Notes: generated by a model from the letters alone, not told the origin. A DNA stretch of 64,000 bases from an uncultured Saprospiraceae bacterium (GCA_964508135.1 CAZDSU010000040.1:5-64004), one strand, 5' to 3'. Shown: positions 29,126 to 38,779, counted from the first letter of the stretch. A program made the numbers and translations.

Positions 29126-31312
29126 CTACCACTTCCCATCCAACGCCTGCACCTTCACCTCCAGCCGTTGGTTGACCAGATGCTCGTCCATGCTACAGGG
29201 AGTGCCATTTCGGCAGTGGTTGATAGGCATGGTTTCGCCACAACCCTTGGCCAGGACACGCTCCTTGGCAATGCCTTCCCGGAGTATATAGTCCACCACT
29301 GTGGCTGCCCGATTTTCAGAAATGTGCAGATTTTCTTTGTCCACGCCCAAGGCTTCGGTGTGCGAGCTGATTTCGATTTGCACGGAAGGGTATATTTTTA
29401 ACTGCGAAATGAGCTTGTCGAGTGGGCCGGTGATGCGTGGCGTGAGTTGCCAAACAGCGGGGTCGTAAACCGCACCATCTAGCCGAAACCGCTCCCCAAC
29501 GACTAAGTTTCCTTCATCCAACTTTCGGGAAAAATCAATAAAAAAACCAAGTTGTGCCATATCGGTAAGAGGGATTGACGTTGGAGCCTGATGCTGTGCC
29601 ACCGGCATTTCCACCCGGAGTGGTACAGGCGGTGTCGCTACGGCGGGTACCTGCGGCAGTTCTTCCTCCAATATTGGCGTTTCGACCGTTTCCACAGGCG
29701 TTTCTATTGTTTTTGCTGGGGGCAAAATGGACTCCGGTGTCGGTTCCACCTTCGGTGCTTCGATGGTTGCAGGTGGCACTGGTTCAGGTTCGGAGTTGGT
29801 AGCCACCTCCTTGAGTGGTAGCGCTGTGGCCTCCTCCTCAACGATGGGCAGTTCCGGTTCCTCAACAACTGGAGATGGCGGCAACACTTCTACCACTTCC
29901 TCCAAGACTGGGGAAGGCTCCGCTGCTTCTGGGTTTGCCACTTGGGTTTCAGCGATTGGCAACGGTTCGCTGATAGGGACTGGCGGTGCTTCATCCAGCA
30001 CGGTGAACAGGTAAATATCATCGTCACCGCCGCTGCGAGAGCTGGTGAAATAGCCACTGCGCTGGTCGTTGGCCAAATAAATCGAGATGTCGTCGAGTGG
30101 GCTGTTGATGGGTTTGCCGAGGTTGGTGGCAGGCTGCCAAGCGCCGTTTTCGTCCTTGTAGGTCACGAAGATGTCGAAGCCGCCGTAGCCGGGGTGGCCT
30201 TTTGAGCAAAAATAGAGCTTGCCGTCCAATGCCACGAACGGAAAGCCCTCGTTGGCCGTGGTGTTCACCGCTGGGCCGAGGTTTTCGGGCTTGCCCCATT
30301 CGCCGCCCTTGCGCTCCGATACCCAAAGGTCAGTGCCGCCGAAGCCGCCCGCCCGGTTGGTGGCAAAGAACAGCAGCTTGCCATCAGGTGACACTGCCGG
30401 GTGCATGAAGTTGAAATTGGAAGAGCAAAAAGGCAGCTTTTCCACGTCCTTCCAGCGTTCCGTTTCGCCCGACTTTGCGGAGAAAAGTTGCAGGCTGTAA
30501 GTGTTTTGCTTGTTCAGTAGGTTGTCGTTGCGGGTAAAAAATATCTCCGAACCTTCGGCGGTCAGTGAGGCATTGCCCGTGTTTTTATTGACCTCGCTCA
30601 ACTTCGATGAGTATTGGATGGGTTCGGCAAAGCTGCCGTCCGATTTTTTCTCGCTGATATAAAGGTTGAGGTAGTCTCGCCCGGTCCAGCCCGATTTTTC
30701 CTTCAACAACTTGACTCCCTGCTGGCGGTCTGAGGAAAAAATCAGGCCTTTTCGGCTGGCGATGGGGGCATTGTCGTCTGCCTCCGAATTGTGTGCAAAC
30801 TCCTGAATATCAAGGTATGGGAAATATGGCTCGATGAGTGGGGCGTAGTCGCAGGCACGTAGCATCAGCACGGCTTTTTCGTCGGTAGGCTCCATTTTTT
30901 GATAGTCGGCAAACCACTTTTTAGCTTCTTCGTACTTGCCGTTGCTCATCAGCGACTCGCCGTAATAGTAGTAGGAATCAGCCTTGGCGCCTTCGTCCTT
31001 CACCACCTCAGCGTAAAGTGCCTCGGCCTTGTCCATCTTGTTGTTCATGCGGTAGCAGTAGGCGAGCTTGCTCTTGAGCAGGATGGCGTTGCGGCCTTGC
31101 TTTCCCTCGTTTTCCATCTCCTGGAGGGCTTGGCGGTACAGTTCAGCGGCGTCGGAAAACTGGTTGTTTTTGTACAACTCGTTGGCCTTGTCCACCAGTT
31201 TAGACTGTGCCTGCAACGGGGAGGCGATGACCAAAGCTGCGAGGGTCAATGTTGCGATTGCTATTTTGCGCAGCACATTTTTTCGAAAAATGCCAGACGG
31301 TACGATTCTCAT
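29126..31312 (-). CDS. OmpA-family protein with N-terminal TPR, TolB-like beta-propeller repeats and a Pro/Glu-rich linker
   Basis: 728 aa with a signal peptide and TPR (NNQFSDAAELYRQAL). It has WD40-like TolB repeats (PAVSPDGKLLFFATNR; GYFTSSR), a low-complexity linker of roughly 130 aa (EPLPIAETQV...VPLRVE) and a C-terminal OmpA-like domain (IEISSHTEALG...NRAATVVDYI...NQRLEVKV). Confidence 0.85.
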   Translation of the reverse strand: MRIVPSGIFRKNVLRKIAIATLTLAALVIASPLQAQSKLVDKANELYKNNQFSDAAELYRQALQEMENEGKQGRNAILLKSKLAYCYRMNNKMDKAEALYAEVVKDEGAKADSYYYYGESLMSNGKYEEAKKWFADYQKMEPTDEKAVLMLRACDYAPLIEPYFPYLDIQEFAHNSEADDNAPIASRKGLIFSSDRQQGVKLLKEKSGWTGRDYLNLYISEKKSDGSFAEPIQYSSKLSEVNKNTGNASLTAEGSEIFFTRNDNLLNKQNTYSLQLFSAKSGETERWKDVEKLPFCSSNFNFMHPAVSPDGKLLFFATNRAGGFGGTDLWVSERKGGEWGKPENLGPAVNTTANEGFPFVALDGKLYFCSKGHPGYGGFDIFVTYKDENGAWQPATNLGKPINSPLDDISIYLANDQRSGYFTSSRSGGDDDIYLFTVLDEAPPVPISEPLPIAETQVANPEAAEPSPVLEEVVEVLPPSPVVEEPELPIVEEEATALPLKEVATNSEPEPVPPATIEAPKVEPTPESILPPAKTIETPVETVETPILEEELPQVPAVATPPVPLRVEMPVAQHQAPTSIPLTDMAQLGFFIDFSRKLDEGNLVVGERFRLDGAVYDPAVWQLTPRITGPLDKLISQLKIYPSVQIEISSHTEALGVDKENLHISENRAATVVDYILREGIAKERVLAKGCGETMPINHCRNGTPCSMDEHLVNQRLEVKVQALDGKW

Positions 31313-31432
31313 ACTTTAATTTTTTACGGATTTGGGTAGCGTGCATGTTCAAACTTTCTCTTCGTTCAAAAAGTGTGCGAGATAAGGTTTTGGCGGGTTA
31401 AAGAGTGGTTTTTAACGGTTTTGGAACAAGCC

Positions 31433-34411
31433 TCACTCCCGAATGATAGCATCGTACACCGCATCCTGCACCTTCACACGCGTGTTCAGCTTCGTCAATT
31501 TGTTGTTCTTCATGCTAGGAAAAGTGCGGTTGGAGAGGAAGACGTAAATCAGTTCCTCCTTCGGGTCAACCCAGACGGCAGTGCCGGTGAAACCGAGGTG
31601 GCCGAAAGTAGCCTCGCTGGCCTTCGTCGAGAGGTTGTTCTCAAAATGCGTATTGTGCTCGAACATGTCGAAACCGATGCCCCTGCGGGTGCAGCCTTTG
31701 CAGCGGGTGGTGTAGTAGTTGATGGTCTCTGGGCGCAGGTATTGCATCCCGGCGTAGCTGCCCTTGTTCAGGAGCATTTGCATGAGTACGGCCAAATCCT
31801 CGGCGTCGCTGAATAGCCCGGCGTGGCCTGTGGCTTGGTTGAGCATGGCAGCGCCCATGTCGTGCACATAGCCTTGGATGCGGCGATCCCGGAAATAATT
31901 GTCGTTTTCCGTGGGTGGTATGCGTTCCAGCGGGAACTTCTCGTAGGGGCGGTAGGTCATGGTCTGGAGGCCGAGCGGCTGGTAAAAATTTTGCTTAGCA
32001 AAATCTTCGATGGGCATTCCGCTTTGCCGCTCCACGATTTCCCCGGCGATGTAGAAACCGAGGTCGCTGTACCTGTATTCCTTCGATGGGTCCAGCGGGC
32101 TGTCCATGATTTCTTGCCAGATTTCCTTTTCGTAGCCCGCCTTCAGCCAGAGGTTTTTTGCCACGGGCATTGGGAAGGCATTGCTTTTTTTGGTTTGGTA
32201 AAAATTGGGCGAAGGCTTGGCGGAAATGGTGATGGTTTTTTCATAAAACTTAATCCACGGCATCAGCCGCCCCCGGTGGGTCATCATGTCCACGAGTGGT
32301 ATGCCCTTTTTGTTCGTATTGGCGAACTCCGGCAGGTACTTTTCCACGGGGTCTTTCGGGTCAAATTTGCCGTCTTCCTGCAACCGCATCAGCGAGATGG
32401 TGCTGGCCGCAATCTTCGTGATGCTCGCCAAGTCCCAGATGTCGTCCGGCTCGGTGGGGTGAGCGTTTTTGTCGTAGGTGTGATGGCCGTACGACTTCCT
32501 CCAAACGATTTTTCCCCGCCTCGCCACCAGCACCACACCGCCGGGCAATGCGCCTTCAGCAATTGCTTCGGCCATCAGTCCGTCCACTTTTTCCAGCTTG
32601 CTGCTGCTCACGCCCACCTCCTCGGGTACGCCGTAGCCGAGCCGTTCGACGGCCTCCGTGGCGATACCCGTGCCAGCGGGCAATTGCGCCGAAGCGGTCA
32701 CGGGCAGCTTTCCCCGCAGGGGAAACACGCCAAAAAGCGCTTGCGCAGCCAAGTCCTGCACCTCGTCATCTTCCTCGTAGCAAACCAGCAGGTTCGGCAC
32801 GTTTTCAAAAAACTTGGCGGCGTAGGGGTTGCCAAACATCACCAGCACCACACGGGTTTGCTTGCGCAATGCCTCAATAAAATCCTTCGTGCCCTGCGTC
32901 AGCCCGTAACCTTTCGAGGCGAACTGGCTCATGTCGTGCAGGCTTACAATTACAGCGTCCTTGTCTTTCAGCCTCGCAATCAGCGAACTGGAAATGTCCT
33001 TGCCGGAGGTGAACGTCTCTATTTTTCCGAAGGAACTTAGTCTTTTGTGAAACGAATTGCCGCTTCCTGCCCCAATTGCCAGCGCTGCCAATCTAGCAGG
33101 CCCTAACTGCACACTGCCAACTGTCGAACTGCCAACTGGAAGAAAACTGTCGTCATTCTTCGCCAAGGTCAGCGCATTCGCAATCAACTCCCGCTTGACA
33201 GCGAGGGCAGGTGCATCGTTCACGTCGGCTCGCACATTTTCGAGGGGCATTGGCTGGTAGCTGGTGATGCCCATTCGGTGCTTCCAAAGCAGCACTTTTT
33301 TCACGCTGGCATTCACGGCATTGGAGTCGAGCTTGCCATTGGTTAGCCACTGTTTCACGGTACGGAAGGCGGCGTCCACATCGCCGGGGAGGAGCAGCAC
33401 GTCGTTGCCAGCGGCAAGGGCACGGGCCTCCACCTCGCCCTTGCCGAAGTGCTTGGTCACGGCCTGCATTTCGAGGGCATCGGTGAGGATGAGGCCCTTG
33501 AAATTCAGCTTGTTGCGTAGCAAATCCGTCACCACCTTGGGCGAAAGCGACGATGCCAAATTGGGTGTGCTGTCGAGCGCAGGCACGTTCAAGTGGGCAA
33601 TCATCACGCTGCCCACGCCCTGTCGGATTAGGATTTTGAAGGGGAAAAGCTCTACGCTGTCGAGGCGCCCGATGGAGTGGTTGATTTGGGGCAGGTCGTA
33701 GTGGCTGTCGGTGCCTGTGTCGCCGTGGCCGGGGAAGTGCTTGGCGGAGGCCATCACGCCGTTGTCCTGCATCCCGAGCATGTACTGGTAGGCTTTTGCG
33801 GCCACGTTGTACGGGTCTTCGCCGAAGCTGCGAAATCCGATGACGGGATTGGCGGCGTTGTTGTTCACGTCAGCCACTGGTGCAAAGTTGACGTTGACGC
33901 CGACCCGCTTGCAGTGCTTCGCAATCTCGGCGCCCATGCGGTAAATTAGCGTGTTGTCTTGGATGGCACCGAGCATCATTTGGTGGGGAAAGCTCATGGC
34001 CGTGCCCCGCATCCTCATGCCGAGGCCCCACTCGCCGTCAATGGTGATGAACATGGGCAGTTTGGTGCTCAGGGCTTGGTAGCGGTTGGTGAGTTCGACC
34101 TGTTTTTCGGGTGTGCCTTTGGCCGTGGGGTTGAAGAAGCAAAGGCCGCCGGGCTGGTATTTTTTCACGAGGTTTTCCACGGCTGCTTCGTATTCCGAGT
34201 CCTTGTCGGTGTGCGCTCGCAGCCAGAAGAGCTGTCCGAGGCGCTCGTCGGTGGTGAGGGTGGCGTAGGCGCTGTCCACCCAAGCGGTCTCTTGCAGGTG
34301 CTTCTCGAAGCTGGGCATTGGCTGGGCTGCCTGCCGAGTGAAGGACGTGGCAGACACCAGTAGATAGGCCAACGCAATGAGGAGGAGTGAAAAGGTCTTT
34401 TTCAAAATCAA
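31433..34411 (-). CDS. GH3 beta-N-acetylhexosaminidase (NagZ-like) fused to a serine beta-lactamase/PBP-like hydrolase domain
   Basis: 992 aa. GH3 blocks are FITIDGEWGLGMR and AKHFPGHGDTGTDSH. The C-terminal half carries an SxxK motif (ASITKIAAST) of class C beta-lactamase-type esterases. The start looks like a TTG. Confidence 0.86.
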   Translation of the reverse strand: MILKKTFSLLLIALAYLLVSATSFTRQAAQPMPSFEKHLQETAWVDSAYATLTTDERLGQLFWLRAHTDKDSEYEAAVENLVKKYQPGGLCFFNPTAKGTPEKQVELTNRYQALSTKLPMFITIDGEWGLGMRMRGTAMSFPHQMMLGAIQDNTLIYRMGAEIAKHCKRVGVNVNFAPVADVNNNAANPVIGFRSFGEDPYNVAAKAYQYMLGMQDNGVMASAKHFPGHGDTGTDSHYDLPQINHSIGRLDSVELFPFKILIRQGVGSVMIAHLNVPALDSTPNLASSLSPKVVTDLLRNKLNFKGLILTDALEMQAVTKHFGKGEVEARALAAGNDVLLLPGDVDAAFRTVKQWLTNGKLDSNAVNASVKKVLLWKHRMGITSYQPMPLENVRADVNDAPALAVKRELIANALTLAKNDDSFLPVGSSTVGSVQLGPARLAALAIGAGSGNSFHKRLSSFGKIETFTSGKDISSSLIARLKDKDAVIVSLHDMSQFASKGYGLTQGTKDFIEALRKQTRVVLVMFGNPYAAKFFENVPNLLVCYEEDDEVQDLAAQALFGVFPLRGKLPVTASAQLPAGTGIATEAVERLGYGVPEEVGVSSSKLEKVDGLMAEAIAEGALPGGVVLVARRGKIVWRKSYGHHTYDKNAHPTEPDDIWDLASITKIAASTISLMRLQEDGKFDPKDPVEKYLPEFANTNKKGIPLVDMMTHRGRLMPWIKFYEKTITISAKPSPNFYQTKKSNAFPMPVAKNLWLKAGYEKEIWQEIMDSPLDPSKEYRYSDLGFYIAGEIVERQSGMPIEDFAKQNFYQPLGLQTMTYRPYEKFPLERIPPTENDNYFRDRRIQGYVHDMGAAMLNQATGHAGLFSDAEDLAVLMQMLLNKGSYAGMQYLRPETINYYTTRCKGCTRRGIGFDMFEHNTHFENNLSTKASEATFGHLGFTGTAVWVDPKEELIYVFLSNRTFPSMKNNKLTKLNTRVKVQDAVYDAIIRE

Positions 34412-34658
34412 GCCGTTGTATTGAAGGGGCTAAGTTAAGATGATTTGGCGATGGGACGGTTTTTTGACATTGTGAAACATGGCATTTCATCTTTGAAAAT
34501 CTAAAATTTGAATTTAAATTTTCAAGGATGAAATGCCTCAATGAAACCCCAAACATTGTCAACGGGGAGTGGACTCCCACGATTTTGGATGCAATGGTTG
34601 CCACGAATTTTATCAATTTTCACGGATAATTATGCCCATGTTTGCTCCGCAATAATTT

Positions 34659-35840
34659 ATGTTGTCCAAAACTATGGCCGGACTTTACCTTCATATCCCT
34701 TTTTGCAAACAGGCTTGTCACTACTGCAATTTCCATTTTTCGACTTCCCTCAAGTTGAAGGATGAAATGGTGGCCGCCATCCTGCGAGAGTTGGCACTGC
34801 AAAAAGACTACCTCGGAGGCGAGCCGCTGGAGACCATTTACTTTGGCGGTGGCACGCCCTCACTCCTCAACCAGCGTGATTTGGATTTGATTTTTGGTGA
34901 AATTTTCAAGCACTACCCACTTGCAAGTGACGGCGTGACTTTGAGTCACGCCGTCACTAAACCTAGCCTCGAAATCACATTGGAGGCTAATCCAGACGAC
35001 TTGAACCCATTGAAAATCAAGGAATTGCGACAAACGCCCGTGAACCGCCTGAGCATCGGCGTACAGTCTTTTTCGGAGGCAGACCTGCGCTTCATGAACC
35101 GGGCGAACAATGCCTCGGAGGCGCTTGCCAGCATCCAAAATACCCAAGCAGCGGGCTTTGATAACCTTTCGGTTGACCTTATTTACGGCTCTCCAACTAC
35201 CTCTCACGAACAATGGGCGGCGAACTTGGAGCAGGTTTTCAAGTTGAAAATCCCGCACCTCTCCTGCTACTGCCTGACCGTGGAGCCGAAAACTGCCCTC
35301 GCCCACCAGATAAAAAAGGGCACCGTTCAGCCTGTTGACGACGAACATGCCGCTCAACAGTTTGAGTTTTTGATGGAAAAAACGGCGCAGGCAGGCTACG
35401 AGCATTATGAAATCAGCAACTTGGCCTTGCCCGGCCACTATTCCCGCCACAACACGAGCTACTGGCTGGGCAAAAAATACCTCGGCATCGGCCCATCGGC
35501 GCACTCGTTCAATGGCGTGAGCCGCCAGTGGAACGTGGCGAACAATGCTGCCTACATCCGCTCCCTGCAAGTGGGCGAGCTGCCTTTTGAAATAGAAGTG
35601 CTGACGCCGACCCAGCGTTACAACGAGTACGTGATGACGGGGTTGCGCACCAAATGGGGCTGCAATCTATTGAAAATCAAGGAATTGGGATTTGAAGTGC
35701 ATTTCGACGAAGGCGCAAAATCATTTTTGGCGGATGGCACGATGGAGCGGGAGGGCGATGTGTTTAGGCTAACTCAAGCGGGTCGGTTCTTGGCAGATGG
35801 GATTGCGGCGGAGCTTTTTGCGGAGGAGGGAAATGGTTGA
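34659..35840 (+). CDS. hemW: Radical SAM heme chaperone HemW / oxygen-independent coproporphyrinogen oxidase-like protein
   Basis: The CxxxCxxC cluster motif is in LYLHIPFCKQACHYCNFHF. It also has GGGTPS, EITLEANP and a HemN_C-like C-terminus. The start is ATG 34659 or 34674. Confidence 0.85.
   Translation: MLSKTMAGLYLHIPFCKQACHYCNFHFSTSLKLKDEMVAAILRELALQKDYLGGEPLETIYFGGGTPSLLNQRDLDLIFGEIFKHYPLASDGVTLSHAVTKPSLEITLEANPDDLNPLKIKELRQTPVNRLSIGVQSFSEADLRFMNRANNASEALASIQNTQAAGFDNLSVDLIYGSPTTSHEQWAANLEQVFKLKIPHLSCYCLTVEPKTALAHQIKKGTVQPVDDEHAAQQFEFLMEKTAQAGYEHYEISNLALPGHYSRHNTSYWLGKKYLGIGPSAHSFNGVSRQWNVANNAAYIRSLQVGELPFEIEVLTPTQRYNEYVMTGLRTKWGCNLLKIKELGFEVHFDEGAKSFLADGTMEREGDVFRLTQAGRFLADGIAAELFAEEGNG
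34926..34958. repeat. Perfect 15-bp-stem palindrome in frame inside hemW
   Basis: The sequence is agtgacggcgtgact-ttg-agtcacgccgtcact. The arms are exact reverse complements. It encodes SDGVTLSHAVT just before the conserved EITLEANP block. Confidence 0.92.
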
Positions 35841-35910
35841 AATGGTTAAATTGGTTGAAGTAGTTGAATTAGGGTAGCGCCTAGCCAATTCAACAAGTTC
35901 AACTATTTCC
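35829..35910. repeat. Inverted array of GGTTGAA/AATGGTT words across the hemW stop
   Basis: The left arm is ggaaatggttgaaatggttaaattggttgaagtagttgaattaggg (35829-35874). The right arm is ctagccaattcaacaagttcaactatttcc (35881-35910). An A9 run follows. Confidence 0.8.
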
Positions 35911-36051
35911 CAAAAAAAAAGCAGCCGGAAGCTATCTGGGGGGCAGTGCTTCCGACCACTTTCCGGGAATAGGGGGCATCCGGTTTTTAGGATGCAATCG
36001 GCTTTCTTCTTTTTTCTTTCCCGGAGCAGGGTCTCTTTGCCCGGCTCGGGG

Positions 36052-36089
36052 AAAAAAGTGCAGGGCCACTTTTTGAAGAGTGCCTGCAC
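36052..36089 (-). terminator. Intrinsic-terminator-like hairpin on the minus strand inside a gene-free region
   Basis: The minus strand reads gtgcaggcactcttcaaaaagtggccctgcac followed by tttttt. The stem is gtgcagg/cctgcac. It lies about 420 nt downstream of the response-regulator stop. Confidence 0.4.
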
Positions 36090-36508
36090 CGAATTTGAAA
36101 CCGACTAAAGTCTTTAGTCTTGGGGTAAACTATTGCTAATCAATGCTTTGACACGATTGTTGCGCAGCAAAAACAGCCTGATCGTTCAGGGAAATACTGG
36201 CTTGACCGTTGCATTTTTTCTCGAAAACTAAATTGGGTGTGGATAACGACGGCTTGGTTGGCGGCATGGCCAATCAGCGGGTCTCAGGTGTGCGGTGTGT
36301 AAAAATGATACGTGATGCCTGTCGAAAACTGTGGAGTGAAAATATTGGGAAGTGTGTGGAGTGTCGGCCTGCTGTCGGCCCTTGTTGTTCACAGTTTCTC
36401 AAGTAGGTCTAATCACCTAAAAAAACGAAAATAAAAGTCCCTTCCGGGTTCTTCTTCCTTCGGATGTTCGGTTAAAATTTCGCAAGAACCGTGCCAAGAA
36501 TTTTAATT

Positions 36509-37192
36509 TTACATATTGAATCGAAATCCGACACCATGAATATTCTCCACCTTCAAGTTTTCGTCGTGGCGCAGGTATTTGCGCAGGCGGGAAATGAACA
36601 CGTCGAGGCTTCGCCCCATGAAGTAGTCGTCTTCGCCCCATAGCTTTTCCAGGATGTCGGAGCGTTTTACGACCTGGTTGGGGTTGTCGAGGAAGAACTT
36701 GAGCAGGTCAGCTTCCCGTTGGGTGAGGGTCTCGGTTTGGCCGTTGCAGGTTAGGCCAAGGTTTTTGTAGTCGAATTCGTAGCTGCCGAAGCGGTAGGTG
36801 GTTGGCTTGGGCGCATTGGCCGACATATTCTTGCGGCGCAAGAACACCTCCACTTTCAAAATCAGTTCTTCGATGCTGAACGGCTTGGTGATGTAGTCGT
36901 CGCCGCCGAGTCGCAAGCCCTTGATTTTGTCCTCCTTCAGCGACTTGGCAGAGAGGAAGATGATGGGTATTTCGGTGTTGAAGCGGCGTATTTCCTCGGC
37001 AAGGGTGAAGCCGTCCATTTCGGGCAGCATCACGTCGAGGATGCAAAGGTCGAAGCTACCTGACTTGGCGGTTTCGAGGGCGGACTTGCCGTCGGTGCAA
37101 TGCGTGATTTGGTAGCCTTGCATTTCGAGGTTGTCCTTGGTCACGAAGCCGAGGCTTTCATCGTCTTCAACGTAGAGCAGGTGTGGTTTCAT
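36509..37192 (-). CDS. OmpR-family response regulator
   Basis: 227 aa. The receiver domain has LYVEDDE, the phospho-acceptor context LCILDVMLPEMDG and YITKPF. The C-terminal winged-helix domain has LTQREADLLKFF...RLRKYL...IENIHGVGFRF. Confidence 0.9.
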   Translation of the reverse strand: MKPHLLYVEDDESLGFVTKDNLEMQGYQITHCTDGKSALETAKSGSFDLCILDVMLPEMDGFTLAEEIRRFNTEIPIIFLSAKSLKEDKIKGLRLGGDDYITKPFSIEELILKVEVFLRRKNMSANAPKPTTYRFGSYEFDYKNLGLTCNGQTETLTQREADLLKFFLDNPNQVVKRSDILEKLWGEDDYFMGRSLDVFISRLRKYLRHDENLKVENIHGVGFRFNM

Positions 37193-37204
37193 GTAAAAAT
37201 GAGT

Positions 37205-37231
37205 GAATGATTGAAGGTTGGAATGATTGAA
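37205..37231. repeat. Direct GAATGATTGAA word repeat
   Basis: gaatgattgaa occurs at 37205-37215 and 37221-37231, between the kinase stop and the regulator start. The word is related to the one at 576-599. Confidence 0.5.
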
Positions 37232-37252
37232 TGGGTTGACAGTGCATGATTT

Positions 37253-38524
37253 TCAAATGATAATGGTTACGGTCGTACCCTTTCCACGTTCACTTTCGAT
37301 GCCGATTTTCCAGCCGTGAGCATCGCAGATGTTTTTGGTGTAAAAAAGGCCGAGGCCAAATCCCTTGACGTTGTGGACGTCGCCGGTGGGTACACGGTAG
37401 AATTTTTCAAAGACTTTGCCCAAGTCTTCCTTCGAGATGCCAATCCCGTTGTCAACCACTTGCAACTGGATTTTGCCGGTGGCAATATTCTGGGTTTTGA
37501 GCAAGATATTGGGTGCGTCCGTGCAGTATTTCGTTGCATTGTCAACGAGGTTGTGCAGGATGTTGGTCAGGTGGAGCTTATCGGCCTTGATGGTCGGTGA
37601 CTTTGCCAGCAGTTCGCAGTACAGCGTGCCACCCTGTTTTTCTACTTGCACCCTGATGCTTTCGAGCACGCCCCGCACCAATTCGTGAAGGTCGGTTTCT
37701 TCGAGGTGCAGTTGGAAATTGTCACGTTCGATTTTGGCCAATTGCAGCACTTTTTCCACTTGGTTGTTCAGCCGGGAGTTTTGTTCTTGGATGATGTTGG
37801 CGTACTGCGCCAAGCGTGGGCTGGCCATGATTTCCGGGCTTTTCAGGAACACGTCGGTAGAGATGCGGATGGTTGAGATGGGCGTCTTGAACTCGTGGGT
37901 CATGTTGTTGATGAAGTCTTTTTGCATCTCCGATAGGCGTTTTTGGCGCAGGATGATGGAGATGGCGTAGAGGAAAAACAGGATAGTGACCAGCAGGATG
38001 CCCGAAAAGATGAGCGTCAGCCGCATATTGCTGAGTATCTGCGAGTTGCGGTTCGGGAAGCGTATTCCAAAATAGTGCTGGTACTCCTCGTGAACGGGCA
38101 TTTGGTCGCCCTTGATGGTCGAAGGCTTTGGGTTTTCAGTGACAACGTCGTAGTCAATGTACCTGCCGTAAACCATTTTCCGGGAGTCACAGTCGTAGAT
38201 GCCATATTCAAAGTCCTCCCGAAGCCCGATGCTCTCCAGTTCCAAGCGGAGGAAATGCTCCAAGTTTTTCGGGTTGATGTCGTCGTTGATGTTCACCACC
38301 CAATAATTGGAAGTCACTTGGTTGATGATGTTGTAGGCGGGCGGCGAGCTGCCCAGTTTTTCAAACTCCTTGGCCACCCCTTGCAGGGCTATCGTCACTT
38401 TTTCCTGATAGTCCTTTTCCTCCGCGTTCCAAGTGTTCATGAGCAGGTATGCCTGAATGGCTATGATGCCGATGATGGCCAAAGCGCCCAGAATTACCAC
38501 CCTGTTGATTGCCGTGTTTTTCAT
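37253..38524 (-). CDS. Sensor histidine kinase
   Basis: 423 aa with two TM segments. It has the H-box NMTHEFKTPISTI, the N-box LHNLVDNATKY and G-boxes VVDNGIGI / GFGLGL. Confidence 0.88.
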   Translation of the reverse strand: MKNTAINRVVILGALAIIGIIAIQAYLLMNTWNAEEKDYQEKVTIALQGVAKEFEKLGSSPPAYNIINQVTSNYWVVNINDDINPKNLEHFLRLELESIGLREDFEYGIYDCDSRKMVYGRYIDYDVVTENPKPSTIKGDQMPVHEEYQHYFGIRFPNRNSQILSNMRLTLIFSGILLVTILFFLYAISIILRQKRLSEMQKDFINNMTHEFKTPISTIRISTDVFLKSPEIMASPRLAQYANIIQEQNSRLNNQVEKVLQLAKIERDNFQLHLEETDLHELVRGVLESIRVQVEKQGGTLYCELLAKSPTIKADKLHLTNILHNLVDNATKYCTDAPNILLKTQNIATGKIQLQVVDNGIGISKEDLGKVFEKFYRVPTGDVHNVKGFGLGLFYTKNICDAHGWKIGIESERGKGTTVTIII

Positions 38525-38754
38525 TGAAAATTAGACCTTAAACGTTGAAAATCAAGTGGTTAAATTTCTTTCTTGCAAAGCAAAATATACTTTAAAAAAA
38601 CCTCGAAACAATACATGCAAAACAGGTTTTCGTTTTTCTTGCTGCGCAATTTAGGTGCTTGAGCAGTTTGTTGAAAAACGGTTAACACCTCTTTAACACC
38701 CACCTAACGTCAAACCCAAGTGTAAAGATTTTAAGAAAACGCCACGGGAACGTT

Positions 38755-38762
38755 TAATTTTG
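38755..38762 (+). promoter_or_regulatory. Candidate -7 promoter box for the DUF4271-hemD pair
   Basis: taattttg lies 17 nt upstream of ATG 38780. Confidence 0.4.
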
Positions 38763-38779
38763 CGCCTTTCAAAGATTTC

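Noticed and set aside
29575-30014. Several 75-95-aa + strand ORFs opposite the OmpA linker
   Set aside because: They are products of low-complexity DNA read on the antisense strand and lie inside a supported gene.
35912-36010. Minus-strand stretch cccggaaagtggtcggaagcactgcc considered as SRP (4.5S) RNA helix 8
   Set aside because: GGAA and AGCA-like pieces are present. I could not fold a canonical GNAR tetraloop closed by the conserved symmetric and asymmetric loops, nor find the complementary 3' strand. It is left as part of the unexplained non-coding region.
36209-36406. 65-aa ORF with a Cys-rich C-terminus (CVECRPAVGPCC) considered as a RiPP precursor near the radical-SAM gene
   Set aside because: The radical-SAM neighbour is a housekeeping HemW. 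The ORF uses a non-ATG start and has no promoter box. No other maturation or export genes are nearby.
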